Shown here piece by piece: positions 39,030 through 53,500 of a stretch of 64,000 bases of DNA (its first letter is position 1; every line of letters begins with the position of its first letter). This DNA comes from Mytilus edulis. Its lineage: Eukaryota. The DNA is taken from contig NC_092349.1 in assembly GCF_963676685.1 (NCBI RefSeq), positions 82,956,001 to 83,020,000 on the forward strand, read 5' to 3'. The notes below the pieces were generated by a model. It made no database searches. It was not told the origin of the DNA and was given only the letters and a program-made list of their open reading frames with translations. A program made the position numbers and the translations under genes.

Positions 39030-39630
39030 GTAAAGGATAAATTGTTAAATAATTATCTATTAAAAGGAGATATTTCAGAGGAAACTTATATATTGAAAGT
39101 GGACAAAATGAACTCGTCAAAAGTTTCAGAGTGTATAAAAGACAGTAAAGAAATGGGTCAAAATTTGGATTTTACATACATGTACATTGTACATGATATT
39201 TGGATTTTGAAAGAACTCCAAAAGACAATAACCCTGAAATCTGATATATATTAATTTGTGCACCTCTTAATGAACATGAGGAAGTACATTTATATTTATT
39301 GTTGTTAAATTTAAATCTCTATGTGACTTTGTGTTAAAGGTGCATATTACCTGTAAACTTAGGAGAAGCCATACTTAAAGGAACACAATCTTTGCCTCCT
39401 ATCTACCTGTGTACTTTTTTTTGTAATTGTCAAGTGTTTCCCAAAATAGCATGTTACTTATATAATGACCTTTAACTACATTTCGGGGTTTCTCTGGATT
39501 TAACCAATGTATATGCAGGTCAAGGATAGATACAGAATAAAGATAAAAATACTAACATTGTGATAATTTGGATGTAATTGTTGTTTTCAATAGTAGTTTT
39601 ATACCAGACGGCATAAACTAAACAGGAGAC

Positions 39631-40474
39631 CAGTGTGAGCTCTTATGTATTTTACCTCCCACCAGAATCTCTTAGTATATGATTTGTGGTTTTTCACCAA
39701 GGCAAGTCCTAAGTACATGTATTTCTAAATCAGAAGGGTAAAAGTTGAAATTTGCATTTGTATATTGCAGTACAAATGAGAATTTCAGATTTAGATAGTA
39801 ATTTAAACTTTGTCATTTAAACACTATTTACCATGTTTACTGGATAGTTATATTACTCCAAGTGGAGATAACTCAATATTTTTGAAATGCCAGAACTGTC
39901 TTCATTTAGAAATGAATTTTCTTTGTTTTATATATTAGCACCTATATATATATTAGCACACTTAACAACAGGCACATGAAATTTGACATAGCATTGGAAT
40001 TTCTCTACTGGTAATACATTTGTATCTCAAATATGTGGTTTTTCCTATTAATATACATGTATATTGATTCACAATGTAGATTAAAGCCATAATTTCAGAA
40101 AAAAGTTTATATTTATAACAGCTTTCTCTGTAAGGATGGGCAAACAAAAAGTATGACACATTTACATTATATAGATTAACTAGACATATGTACTAAATAC
40201 CTTTTATGTTCAGTTCAAGAAAGTATTTAAAGAGAAAGTTGTAAAAAAATAAATGGCAAAAAACTTGACCAGTAGGTAGGGTAAATATAGGAAGCCTAGG
40301 ACATAACCCTGAAAAAATACACAATTTGAATAAAATGAAAAATTTCATTCAGTATATTACTTGTTCTGAACAACACCTGTTCAAAGGTCTCAGGTGTGTC
40401 ATCTGTTTCATACCTGCTAATTATTTATAATCATTGATTAGTATAAACACCATACAGAAATCAAAATATTGATG
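39631..40474. repeat. Left copy of ~850-bp direct duplication flanking a LINE
   Basis: Collinear with 43775-44654 from cagtgtgagctc to aaatattgatg. Confidence 0.95.
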
Positions 40475-43400
40475 AATGAATGAATGAATGAATCTTTATT
40501 TTCTCCATGTATATGAAGATTTTGCATACAAAAAGAAATTAATAATTACTCACACAATAAACAAAATATCATACATTTTTTGATAAATACCCAATGAAAA
40601 AAAAAAAAAACAAAAAAAAAACCAACAACATATTTAGATAAACACACAATACACATATTCCAGTAAACACAACAAAAACACAATGTTTTTCAATCAAAGT
40701 CTATTCAAAATTCAAAATTCAACCTGTTTTCAAATAATACATGTCTGAATTTTTTAAACATGTGGTAAACATGTTTTGCTATGTAATACATCATTCAAGA
40801 CCAATCTATAGGATCGAGATCGTATACTATATCATTAACAGCTCCTAATAGTACTTCAAGAAGGTCATCGTCGTCTAAATTGAAAATGTCCACAGATTTT
40901 TGAATGGGAAGTTCATCTACAATTTTATAAAACATAACATTTCTCTCTGTTAATAGAACATGACACTCCATGATTAAATGTTTAATGATATCAAGAGACT
41001 GTTTGTTACATAGAGTACATGTAGCTTTCTTAATGGCTGCCGATCCTAAAGTCACAAGTACTAGCAGTTCGAGTTTTGCATCGGGATATAAAACTGTCAA
41101 CCGAATTAATCTATGTTCACAGAGGGTAGGGTGAGTTTTGGAATACCTTTTGAGTTCATTTCTATTTTCTAAATTACTTTTCCATCTGTTCTCTTCATAA
41201 ATTTCAATAGACTGACGGACAATTTTCGACCACAGCACTTTTTCTGGTATGTAATCCTCATTTACATAGGTTAGAAGAAAGGAAAGAAAATAGATCGTAT
41301 TTAACCAGAGTTGTTATAAGATTATAGGTTATAGAGTGTTCGGCATTTTCATCCAGAATAAATTGACTGATGCACATGTTGAACAATTTTTTATGAGTTG
41401 TGCCCGATTTACTCCTACATAATCGCCCAAAGAATAAAAGTTTGAATTTGTCGATTACAGCTTCCAATGACCATAAACCAAGGTTGCTTGTAGTTGAGTC
41501 CGTTGGTGAATATTTGTCCATACACTGTATATATCGCGCAACATATCGTTGTGTTCTTTCTAAAAGTTCTATTTCAGAATTAGAGAGTTGTCCCCATACT
41601 TTGTAAGAGTACAATGCTGTAGGAAGAACAAAACGCTTCCATATTAACGTGTTTGTAATCGGCGTAAGGCCTTTCGGGTTTACTCCAGCACTATACAATG
41701 AATGTAGATTTTTCTTCAACTTCTTAGCGGCATTTTTTGTCCTTTCAAACGTTTTATTATTGTTAGTTATCAATGTACCAGCATAAATTGTATCCGTTTT
41801 ACACGCTATTTTTGTATTTCCAAGCTTAATGTCAACATCTGTATTATTATTAAAAGCCAAGACACAACTTTTTGTTCCGTTATATTTAAGTCTCCATTTA
41901 CAAGCATAAGTTTGTACACAGTCGAGAAGACCTTGTAGACCTTTTGGCGACGCACTAAGAAGGGTTGTGTCGTCCGCAAGAAGAATGGCAGGAATGTTCA
42001 AATAACCAATTCGTATTCCACAATTTGTCGAAATCAGCTGTTATATTAAGTCATTTATGTACAAAGAGAATAGCCAAGATGAGAGTACTCTCCCTCGCCC
42101 TACACCCTGAGAAATGGAGAAATTGTCACTAGTAAGTCCATTATATTGTACATGTGCACTAGCAGATTTGTAAGACATGAAAAGTATGTTCCATAATTTA
42201 CCAGTTACACCGATTTCTTTTAATTTCAGAAAAAGTCCATAGTGCCAGATCTTATCAAACGCTTTCTCGTTATCTAGAAAACCAACATAAAGTTTAGATT
42301 TACTTTTCATAAACACGTTAATACATTCTTTGAGTGTGTATAAAGCGGGGATAGCACCATGTTCGGGAACAAATCCAAACTGTAAAGGATCAGGAAAAGT
42401 CTTATCAAGTGCAGTAAGCATTTTATTTATTCGACGAAGGACTGTTTTGTCATGTAATTTTCCAAATACGGATGTTAGGACAATAGCTCTGTAACTGTTC
42501 GGATTACTCTTGTCTTTGTTATTTCCTTTATATAACGGAATAATTATGCCATGTCGATATAGTAATGGAATATATTCGCATTTAAGTATAATATTAAAAA
42601 TATAACAAATCCATTTCAACAAGGTATTACCACCGTATATAATATGTTCGTTGCATACATAGTCCAGTCCTGGAGCCTTACCACATTTTAAAGTTTTAAT
42701 TTTGCTCATATATTTCATCTTCAGTGTAGGGCACATCGAAAAAAGCATTAAACGGTTTTCTAATTTGACTGCTATATTCACGATTTTTTTTTTTTTTCTG
42801 TGACATCCATATAAAAAGGTTGATCAAAATTGTCATTTTCATGTTCATTAGGAGTATACAAATCACTAAAATAGGTACTCCACAACTTGCAAATATCCCC
42901 GTGATTAGTAGCTGTATTTCCATCATAATTCAGACAAGTTGCTGGCGATTTTTGTTGTCTATCCTTTGCACTACACGATAAAATTGTCCTATGTCCATTT
43001 CGGCTGCTTTTTGCACATCAGCAAATTTTTCAGATTCCCATAATCGCTCTGTATTACGTTTATGCTTTCGAAATTCTCTTTTCTTATCTTTATACTGTTT
43101 ATAAGAAATATTGTCGTTGTTTCGTGTTTGTCCCATTGACAGCCACGTTTTACGAGCTTGTCGTTGCTCATTATGGTAATAATCTAAGTTGTTACTTTTC
43201 CAGTACGGTTTTAAATAGTGTCTAAATTTTCCAGTGGGAATACAAGAATTTGCAGCAATATGCACAACATTTTCAATATTTGAGTTTATATGTTCTATGT
43301 AATTTTCGTTTATTTCACACGAGTTCAAAGGTAAAACTTCAAAATTTAGTAATTTGTCTAGTTCTGTTTGATAATATTTCTTCTCCCATTCATCACATCT

Positions 43401-43774
43401 CGACCACAATAGAACTTTACGATAAAGATGAAATTTATTTGATGTATTACATAGCAAATTCATATCTAAGAAAATCAAAACAGGATAATGATCTGAAACA
43501 TTAAATGGACAGTCATTTCTGACTTCTAAATTTGTAAAGCCATTACAAAAGAATTCTGGAATGAAAATAAAATCAATCATAGTTTTACGTGTCATGTCTT
43601 TAGACCTAAATGTAAAATCAGGGCCTTTACGACCGGACATCAATGGGACAGGAGATAAATTATTTTTTGTAATGAAGTCTTTGACATTTTTTGATTTACT
43701 ACTTAAACTTGTTACTGCAATATCAGTATTAAAATCACCACCAATTACTGTTACACAATCAACTGACATTCTAT
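40475..43774 (-). mobile_element. 5'-truncated, disrupted LINE (RTE-X-like; partial APE + RT + C-terminal zinc knuckle)
   Basis: IGGDFNTD / IDFIF / SDHYP (APE); KAPGLD, QFGF, FLDNEKAFD, QGVGRGRVLS, LLADDT (RT); CTLC..H....C; AATAAA then (ATTC)n tail at 40500-40472; several stops and frameshifts. Clade is inferred. Confidence 0.88.
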
Positions 43775-44654
43775 CAGTGTGAGCTCTTATGTATTTTACC
43801 TCCCACCAGAATCTCTTAGTATATGATTTGTGGTTTTTCACCAAGGCAAGTCCTAAGTACATGTATTTCTAAATCAGAAGGGTAAAAGTTGAAATTTGCA
43901 TTTGTATATTGCAGTACAAATGAGAATTTCAGATTTAGATAGTAATTTAAACTTTGTCATTTAAACACTATTTACCATGTTTAGTTTGTTTACTGGATAG
44001 TTATATTACTCCAAGTGGAGACAACTCAATATTTTTGAAATGCCAGAACTGTCTTCATTTAAAAATGAATTTTCTTTGTTTTATATATTAGCACCTATAT
44101 ATATATTAGCACACTAAACAACAGGCACATAAAATTTGACATAGCACTGGAATTTCTCTACTGGTAATACATTTGTATCTCAAATATGTGGTTTTTCCTA
44201 TTAATATACATGTATATTGATTCACAATGTAGATTAAAGCCATAATTTCAGAAAAAAAGTTTATATTTATAACAGCTTTCTCTGTAAGGATGGACATTTA
44301 TAACAGCTTTCTCTGTAAGGATGGGGAAAACAAAAAGTATGACACATTTACATTATATAGATTAACTAAACATATGTACTAAATACCTTTTATGTTCAGT
44401 TCAAGAAAGGATTTAAAGAGAAAGTTGTAAAAAATTAAACAGCAAAAAACTCGACCAGTAGGTAGGGTAGGAGGCCTAGCACATGACCCTGAAAAAATAC
44501 ACAATTTGAATAAAATGAAAAATTTCATTCAGTATATTACTTGTTCTGAACAACACCTGTTCAAAGGTCTCAGGTGTGTCATCTGTTTTATACCTGCTAA
44601 TTATTTATAATCATTGATTAGTATAAACACCATATAGAAATCAAAATATTGATG
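43775..44654. repeat. Right copy of ~850-bp direct duplication
   Basis: Matches 39631-40474 with scattered substitutions, a 9-bp insertion and a ~29-bp internal duplication. Confidence 0.95.
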
Positions 44655-45442
44655 TATTGATGACAACTCAAGTCTAGGAATTGATGCATGAGAAATGAAG
44701 ACATATATATTGTTATGTTCAGTAGATTATAGATTTCTGTTATTTTGACACATTTTGATGTTTGTTTCTAATAAAGTAAAATAATTACTAGTTTTGACAT
44801 GTTTAAATATAATTATATAATAAAGCTCATTGATCTCTATTGATTATTGGAGTAATTTAAAGATTAAAATTTTGTTGGTATATTAAGATGAGACATTTTC
44901 TTGTACCATATATGGTAGGTTTTCAATACAGATTGGAGTTTCTAAAAATGCATGCCAAACTATGTTAATATTTGAAGTTTTCAGATACATGTACCAATGA
45001 AATTTGATATCTGAGAAGAATATATCATGATGAATGTATTTTTGATATTAAACGATTATCCGTAGACTCCTATTTCCAGATCTGTTTGCCCCATTTTCTA
45101 AATGACATGGTTTTAAGGTTGTTACCTTTATAGAACTAAATAAAAAGTATGTATTTCCTTAGGCATGTTAGGCAATTGATTTCATGTTTGGCCTGTAACA
45201 CAAAATCCATAAAAATTGACACTCCTGGAAACTGAATTGCTTTGTTTGCATCAGTATTACTTTTTTCTTCTTCTGAGGCTTACAGAAAAAAGTGCTTGAG
45301 AAGCTTGTTGACATGTCAGATTTTAGTTGGTGTGAAAATAATTTTAACATTTACCCACAGTATGACAGTATCACTTTAAGTGCAATTTTCTTGATTTTTT
45401 TCAGGAATTGAAGCCATGATATGATAACAAGAAACTGTAACC

Positions 45443-45655
45443 ATGGAAAATACACAAAATATTGGTCTAACAACAGTTACCAACCCTTCACCTGGACAAG
45501 TGACAAATTATAATGCTAAACCATATCATATGCAGCCCGTCCAGACTAGTGGTGGGCGTGACCTGGCTTCTGATTTAGTATGGCAGCGTGATCCAGACTG
45601 TTCTAGGGATCCTAATGTTGGTAACCATGGTAATCCAATGATGGTTTCACAAGGG
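45443..45655 (+). CDS. C2H2 zinc-finger protein, first coding exon (exon begins at 45405)
   Basis: Kozak-like accATGG at 45443, acceptor ttttttcAG upstream, donor GGG|GTATGT; 71 codons, phase 0. Confidence 0.8.
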
Positions 45656-46267
45656 GTATGTAAACATAAACAATTTATACAAACCATTGATCAGTATCAC
45701 TTTACTTTATATTTTTGGCTCTAGATTTTATAAGAACATGATTGAGACAGATAGTGCTTGGAAGGGATTTTTTAGGTAACCTGCTTTAGTAATACAAGAA
45801 AATGCATTTGCTACCCAGATTTGACTATGGCTCCTGCTGTTAAGCTCAGCCACTTAGAGTTAGACCAAATCTTAGCAGTTTGGTTTTGTAAAAGGAGGAT
45901 GCCTTTTGTATGAGCAGAGTAATAATCACAACCAAGGATTTAAGAGTCAAATTTCAATTAAAAAATATATACACATTTGTATTTCAGGAGTGTAACAACA
46001 TTTGGAAAAAAAAGGTGATTTGGTGAAGGACAGTAGACTTTAACAGACTAAAGAATTGGTGAAATCACAAAAATACGCTGAGGAAAAATCAAGATGGAAA
46101 GTCCCTAATTGAATCGCAAAATCAAAAGCTCAAACACATTAAACGAATCGATTCTAATTGTATTCCCACTTAGTTGAAATCTATTATAACATATGATTCT
46201 CTAAGGTCTGTTCTAGAAGATAAGTTTAGCATATATATCGTATGTTAATATTTGAATTGTATTTTAG

Positions 46268-48464
46268 GTACATGTTCCAGTAAACCAGACACAAATGATG
46301 CCAATTAATCAACCACATGGTGTTCATCAGATGCAGGGAGTACCAATGAGTCAGCCACAATCAGTTCCAGTAAACCAGTCACCATCAGGGTACCCTGTTT
46401 CTAATGTTAATAATACTCTACCTCATAATCCTGCAGGTTACCAGTATCAAGGGCAGACAACTACGGTCCCAAATGCCTCTGGCGATCATGCTCATGTTGG
46501 TATGGGTCAGCCATTTCAGATGCCACAGGGAAATGTTTACCCTGGGATGAGACCCCAAGGTTTAGGGAATTATTTGCCAGTCACAAGTCATCAGCAACTC
46601 ATGATGGATACTGACGGAAATAGAATTCAACAAAATAACATGATGCAACAGAACATGGCAATGACAGGGTACCAGATGCCTCCTCAAAATATGGTACCAG
46701 TACAATACAATCAAAATTTTGTACAGGGAGGTAATATGAATGGCAACACACAGTATATGAATATGCGCCCCCCTACAACAACTGTTCAGCACCAGCAACA
46801 GCATCAACCACAGCACCAACATCAGCAAGCTAATTACAATCATCCACGTCTCGTACCATATAATCAGCAATTAATGAATGCTCCGAGAACACAGTATAAC
46901 AACCCTAGACCACCAGTGGTTCAAACACCTACTTTGAATATAATGGCAGCCAACCAGATAGCTCAAAAACCAACAAATCTTAATTTACCATCTAGTACTC
47001 AAGTTTCTTCACCAGACACAGGTTATCCAACTGTCCAATCACCAACTGTCGCTTCACCAGGGACGGAAAGTGTTAAATCACCAACATATGTTTTCATGTG
47101 TAATAAATGTAACTATGTGACACCACACCGCAGCTCATTTAAAACCCACTACAGTAGTCATATACAATACAAACCGTATCAATGTGCCTACTGCGATCAC
47201 GCTACTATTATGAAACAGCCAATGCAAAAACACGTCAAAATGAAACATGCTATTGAGGATTCCGAGGGATTCTCTTATGAAAGTGATTCAAAAAAAGAAA
47301 ATATCATAGAATTCTTCAGCAATCAATGTAGGTCAACTATGAATTTGGAAGAAGCTAAAAAATACCTGGATAAGTATGAATCTGGTGAAAAACTAAAAAG
47401 CGGACCAGCAAAGCGTAAACTGTCTATGGAAGAGAGAGAGAAGGATTCTTCAAAGAGAAAAAAGTCTTGGCCTGAAGCTGGAGATGAAAGTTATCAAAGT
47501 GAGGCTTCATTAGGTCAATCAAAATCTCCAATTAGCCCAAGAAAACTCACACACTGGAAGCAGGGCGTTACATTTGAACATAAAAATCAGGATACAAAAA
47601 CTAAAGTAGGACGTGGTCGATCTATAAAATCTTTTACCAGTTTTGCAAAACAGAAAAAGTTCATTACTTCAGGTGTTATGAAATGTCCATTTTGTGAATT
47701 CAAATCTGGATCACAGAAAGGTTTGAAAAGACATTGTAATTGGCGACATCTAGAGAAAAGATATAGATGTAACAATTGTGACTTTTCTACCTTCTTTCTA
47801 GAGGAGATGGAAGGTCATATCCAAAGAGATCATTGTGAAAGTTACCAGTTACATAGCAACGAAACAAGGAAATCTCCTGAAAAAACTGTTGGAAGACCGA
47901 GAAAGAACCTATCCAGTGCAGAAGAGACAACTCCTAAGACAGTTACCATTGACAGGTTTGCTGAAGATAATGCAGACGACAGTGGAAATGATGACATGCA
48001 GTTAAATTGTCCACACTGCAATTTTTCTTCAAATCCATTTGCCCTCAAGAGACATTTGTTCTTCTATCACAAAGAATGTGATTGGAAATGTAAGATTTGT
48101 GGATTTATTTCTGGCAGTAAAAAAGAACTTGTACGACATTCCAATAAGGCACATCCAAATACTCAACCAAACATTGTTCAAACATTTGCCGATATTTCTT
48201 CTCTGTTACCAGACAATGCTTCAGAGCAAGAGAAGGGAACTCCCCCTGATAAGGATATTGATGAAAATGAAAAGGTAGTGGGTAAACATAAACTAATTGA
48301 CCGTGATTATATCAAAACAAACAAGAAGCGAATGGTGTTAGGGAAAAAACGGGTTTCTAAGATCATCAATGATACCAGTGGTGAAGACAGACTACAAATT
48401 ATGAAAATTATAAGTGAAAGAAAGAAACAGAAACGTGGTAGAAAAAGGGAGGAAACAAAGAATG
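46268..48464 (+). CDS. C2H2 zinc-finger protein, main exon (Q/N/P/M-rich region, three pairs of fingers)
   Basis: ttttAG acceptor in frame with the 732-aa ORF; fingers CNKC, CAYC, CPFC, CNNC, CPHC, CKIC each with a His pair; donor G|GTAAGG, phase 1. Confidence 0.9.
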
Positions 48465-48924
48465 GTAAGGAAAATAGGAGACATTCCAGTTAAAGGTCAT
48501 GGACTTCAGAAATTTATATAAGTTTGCTATTCCATTTACTTCTAGTGCTAAGGATTTTAGAATAATAATTATTACAAAATGTAAATAGATATAAGTCTAG
48601 AAGATGTGGTATGAGTTCCAATGAGACAACTCTCCATCCAAGTCACAATTTGTAAAAGTAAACCATTATAGGTCAAGTACTGTCTTCAACACAAAGTCTT
48701 GGCTCACACCGAATAGCAAGCTATAAAGTCCCCAAAAATGACCAGTGTAAATCTATTCAAACAGGACAACTATCTAATTATTTAATCTATCATGTCTATA
48801 TAAAAAAAAACTAGTAACACTTATGAACCACATCAACAAAAGACAACCACTGAACATCAAGTTTTTTTTATGGCTATGCTTTATCTTGTTGATTCAAATT
48901 AAGATAAGCAAATCATTCAGAATC

Positions 48925-49210
48925 AATTATTATTGCATAGCAATATAATATTTCCCACAGAAAGTAACCAAAAGTTCTATTATTGCACTAGTGTAATAAA
49001 TCTTCAAAATTCATGACGTCATCAAAGACAAAATCTTAGTTTAAACCAGTTTTTACTTCAAATATCATATTGCTATACAATAAAAGGGTTATTGCATGAA
49101 TATTGGGGAATATTGTCTCTCGTAGAACATATATTGCACTCGCAAGCTCGTGCAATAAAAAATTCTACTTGGGACAATTTTCACCAATATTCATGCAATA
49201 ACCCTATATT
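48925..49210. repeat. Small palindromic non-autonomous element in intron
   Basis: Internal inverted repeat ggttattgcatgaatattgg (49088) / ccaatattcatgcaataacc (49184) with central tattgcac..gtgcaata hairpin. Confidence 0.45.
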
Positions 49211-49618
49211 ATTGTAATTTATCATATACTTAGTAGTTAATACAGATAAATTGCAACCATTCTGTATCAGCCATCCATCATAAATCGAGATCAGTCACGA
49301 TTGCAAACACCTTAATTGTATTACGTCATATCACTTGAAAAAACATCTACTTTAGGTTCTAATGTATATAATACAGTGTACAATTATGATATCGCAGAGC
49401 TCTTGGGATTATATTGGTGTCCCAGGCTTTGAGCAACAAATATGTTCGTCACAATATTTTTTATTACCACTAAAGAAATCACTACATGCATACATGCTTG
49501 TTTTCAGTTACAGTTATGATCAGTTTTATTAGCATTGGCACATCTCATTTAACAAGAAAGCAACCAAGTTATATTTACATATGAATAACATCATATACCT
49601 TTGTTTTCTAAATTTTAG

Positions 49619-50589
49619 ATCAGAACTCTTATGTTGTACGTCCAAAGAAACTAAAGATTGCCAGGATAGGATTTAGTTGTGTATACTGTACCTACGCTGC
49701 TCCTCTTAGGCATCAGTTACGACTTCATTGTTACGAAAAACACACTAAACATCCAGCTTGTTTGATGGAGTTTATAAATAGTACAATGGCTTTGGAAGAA
49801 CAAGAAGACTATGCTAGAGATAAGACAGAAGAGAAAAAGAGTCCGGAGAAGACGGGTAGTACTTTGGAGATAAATGCGAATAAACATGTCTCGGAGGATA
49901 TGGTAGTAAATTCTAGCAGTGAGAAGCAGGTAAAAGATATACAAGATTTTGAAGAAAAATCTGTCGAGGAGGGGGAACAAGACTCCAGTGAGAAATTAGA
50001 AGGAAAGAAAATCCAATCGATTGAAGCAGCAGATACAGTCAAAGAGAAGAAAAACAAATTAGAGGAATCTGTAATTGAAATAAGCTCTGCAGATGAAACA
50101 GAACTAGACATCACAATAGAAGATTCTGATTGTGAAAAGAAGACTGAAGGAGAAACAACCAAAGACCTCAAAGACAAGAGTAAAAATGAAATACAAAATC
50201 TTCCAGAAAACCCAAATACAGGAACAGATAACTCTATATCAAAAGTAGATGAAGATCAAAACAAAGAAGTTTTGACTTGTATGGAGAACATTCTTGCCAA
50301 TATTGGGAATGCAGACAATACTACAACAGAAAATGGTGCTAATGATTACATTTTACAAACTGATAAGTTTAATGGTCACAAATTTTCAAATCCTTTTTCT
50401 ACGCTTATCGTACAACTTAATTCCACCCAGTTATTAGTTAAAGATGCCTTTGAAGGAACACTTGATGATGTAGATATATATTTAGAAAAATATGGAGTTC
50501 GTACTCTTAACATGGATTCTCTTACTCCTAGACAGTTTTCATTGTTCATGAAAAAGTTTGGAAGTAATTTGCAGCAAATTGCAGCATGA
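49619..50589 (+). CDS. C2H2 zinc-finger protein, last exon (seventh finger, acidic region)
   Basis: ttttAG acceptor, phase 1 gives DQNSYVVRPKK...FSCVYCTYAAPLRHQLRLHCYEKH, continuing in frame into ORF 49762-50589; total about 1126 aa. Confidence 0.88.
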
Positions 50590-53500
50590 ATTTTCTAATG
50601 GATCTTGACTATTGCTGCTAAGGTTTATATTTTTTTAATTTACTGTATGGTTTGTTATATATGTAAAGTTATGGGTATTATTTCCATTCTTTATGGAAAT
50701 AGTGTTACTTGTATCAGTGATTTAGAAAATCACTCATTTAAGTAAGTCCCCTGACTGTTAAAAGTTTTTGTTATAAAAATGTCTGTAAAAGTACAGTTCT
50801 TCTCTTATTGATAATTCTCAAGAAAATAATGTTAGGGGGCCTGCCAACCCTCAGCATGTGTCCAAGACACTAATCACCCAGTCTTTTCTGTCCCTTTCTC
50901 TAACCTTCTTTCTACCACTATCTGTGTTTTCAAAAACAAAAATATGACTTAATTTATAAAGTGCAAAAATAAAGTTTGCTATCATGTTTGGCCATTTTGG
51001 ATTTGTTTTACCAAAGTTCTTTGTGGGTATCAGAAAATCTGAAAAGGTCGTTCATTTTATTTATAAATCAAATTAACTTGTATTGTTTTTCTTCATTTTA
51101 TACAGTTTTGACATTAGGGATTTAATGCTCCTATTAAAATATTAAGGTTTGTCATTACAGTAATAGATAGGATTGAATTATTAAAATTGTGAGAGGTTTT
51201 TCATTCTTTCATTACACATAAATGGCTTTTTATGGGAAAATATTTATATTGTATTTAGGGGTTTATGTAGCTTATATTCTTTTCTGCCTCATTCCTACTT
51301 TCTCTTTCTGAATTTTCCATTTTAATATTTTCGACAAGTACTTCATACTTACACTTGCCTTAAACATATTTTCTAGTGTGGATTTAATACATGCTTGAGC
51401 AGTTTACATGATTCATGTGAAACACTTTATATGGGTCCTTGTAACACAAGTTTTTTTATGGGATTTTGGTTGTGCTGATTTTCTAATGGTAAAGGTGTGA
51501 TTGTTTTTTTTGTAATTTTATAAAGCATGATTTTTATCAAACACAGTTAAGGTTAACAAGACTGAATGTACAGTATGAGCAGTAGAGAGAATAAGGGTAT
51601 ATGTTTGTCATTTGGTATATTTGATATATATCCCGTCTTAGTTTTTACAGTGTGGGTCACTCTTTACAGAAGCTATTTTGTTTCAACTAAAAAATGAGCA
51701 AAACTTTACAAAAGTTTTATTTTTTTTCACTTACATCCTTTACTTTTTAAGTAATCACATGGTCACAATTGGGAGGAAAAACTTTATAATTTAAAGAATT
51801 ATAATCACAAATCATGTACTTACATCCCCCCTTTTTTATAACTTTAATATGAATTATCTCCCTTAAAGTCAGTAATTGTAGTAGTTGAATATCTTAATTT
51901 TGAATATCTCAACTTGTATTACAAATTATGTTGCAAAGTTGATGAAAGTGTTGGTTCCTCTAAAGAATTGTTTTTCATAGTGTCACAATTACATGTAGAG
52001 CATAATATGATATGATAATGTGCATTCAATTTCCCCAAGTTAGAGATACAGGAATAAGTAATAAAACAAACCAAATGACACAAATAATGAGTACAGATCT
52101 TCCTCTCTTTGTAATGTATAATAGCAGTAGTTGTTTGATCATAGCCATCTTGTGACTTTGTTGTTTTTGTGTAATTGTAGAAGGAATACAAGCTCAAAGG
52201 GTTGTTTGATAACTATTTTTGAAGTTATCTGATTAAGTGTACAATGCACTATAGACTTGCAAAAAAAAATCAATAAGTTGGGACACATGATTTGTTTTAA
52301 ATGTATATTTTCAGTTTTTTTGTCTCAAAATGAATTTTAAGAAAGAAAAAAATCCCCATGTTGTTTATGAATTCCAATTCTAGAAAGTAGTTTGCTGAGT
52401 ATTAATTTTTGTGGGTTGAGTAAAATATATATGATGCTTGTTCTTTGAGGTTTTTACATAAAATTCTACATCAAAAGTGGAAAAAAAATTGCAATTTGTT
52501 GAACATTCAAAATTGTGCTTCAATTCTATCCACAAAATTAGGACCTAACAATTGTTATGAATCCACAGTACATTCTCTCTGTTTGTATAGTGCTACATAG
52601 ATTTATATCAACTATATTCCATTGTTTTTCTTAAAGAGTTCTTTATATTTTGTTGTACAGATTTGTTTCTTTACTAATGTTGATTTCTGTTGTAATTTTT
52701 ATTTTGTTGAATCATGTTATATAAGGTTTAAATTTTTCCTAATGTTTTGTTTTTCACTTACAAGCTTGATATTGATTTTAGTAGATGCTTAAATTTTTAA
52801 TGCATCCAATATGTTGAAGTTATTATTCTAAGATCATGGTATTCCATTTTCACATCATGTTTGTATTTGCAAGATTTAGTTTTTACAAACCTCTGATAAA
52901 TTTGTAGTTTATCTTTCAAATTTTGATCCATAGTTCAAAGTTTAGAAATTGGTCTGAAATCACTGTAATGTAAAAATTTAAATGGTCAATAATAACAGAA
53001 ATTTCAAGTTCCCTAGAATAGATTATCCAATCAGAAAGTATTAAATTGAAGATATTAGAAATGACCATTTTCTCCAGATTTTGACTTTTTGGGTGCATTA
53101 GCAGTTCAAAGTTTTTTGTCAACCTGTACAAGCCTATAAAGTAAGATTATAATGATCAATTAGAGAACACCAGTCTTACTTTTATTAAAAACTCCAGATT
53201 GGGACATATTTTTGGTGAGAAACTATAAATTTTTGATGATAAGAGGCAATGTACAGGAACCATTACTGTATATCAGTTTTCCCTGGAAAAACTATCTTTG
53301 ATGATGCTTCTTGTTGAAATTCGTAGTGTTCATCAGCTTAAATTGGTATCAAGCTCTTTACTTAAAATGGCAAGTTTCTCGTTATTGTGAGAGAAAATTA
53401 AGACAATGTATGTTAAAGTTCTGAAAAATATTTTTATATGGTCACAAATTTATCATGATTTTTACAAAGATGATGTTTTTTTTTCTTAATTCTTGTGAAT

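Noticed and set aside
43775-43862. N-terminus of ORF 42930-43862 as a real protein start
   Set aside because: It is read-through from duplicated host sequence into the truncated endonuclease.
39631-44654. LTR retrotransposon with 850-bp LTRs
   Set aside because: Interior is APE-RT non-LTR type with a simple-repeat tail and truncated 5' end; no TG..CA ends, PBS/PPT, gag or integrase.
46562-50177. Antisense and alternate-frame ORFs over the zinc-finger exons (likewise those over the LINE ORFs)
   Set aside because: Shadows of codon-biased sense ORFs; no independent motifs.
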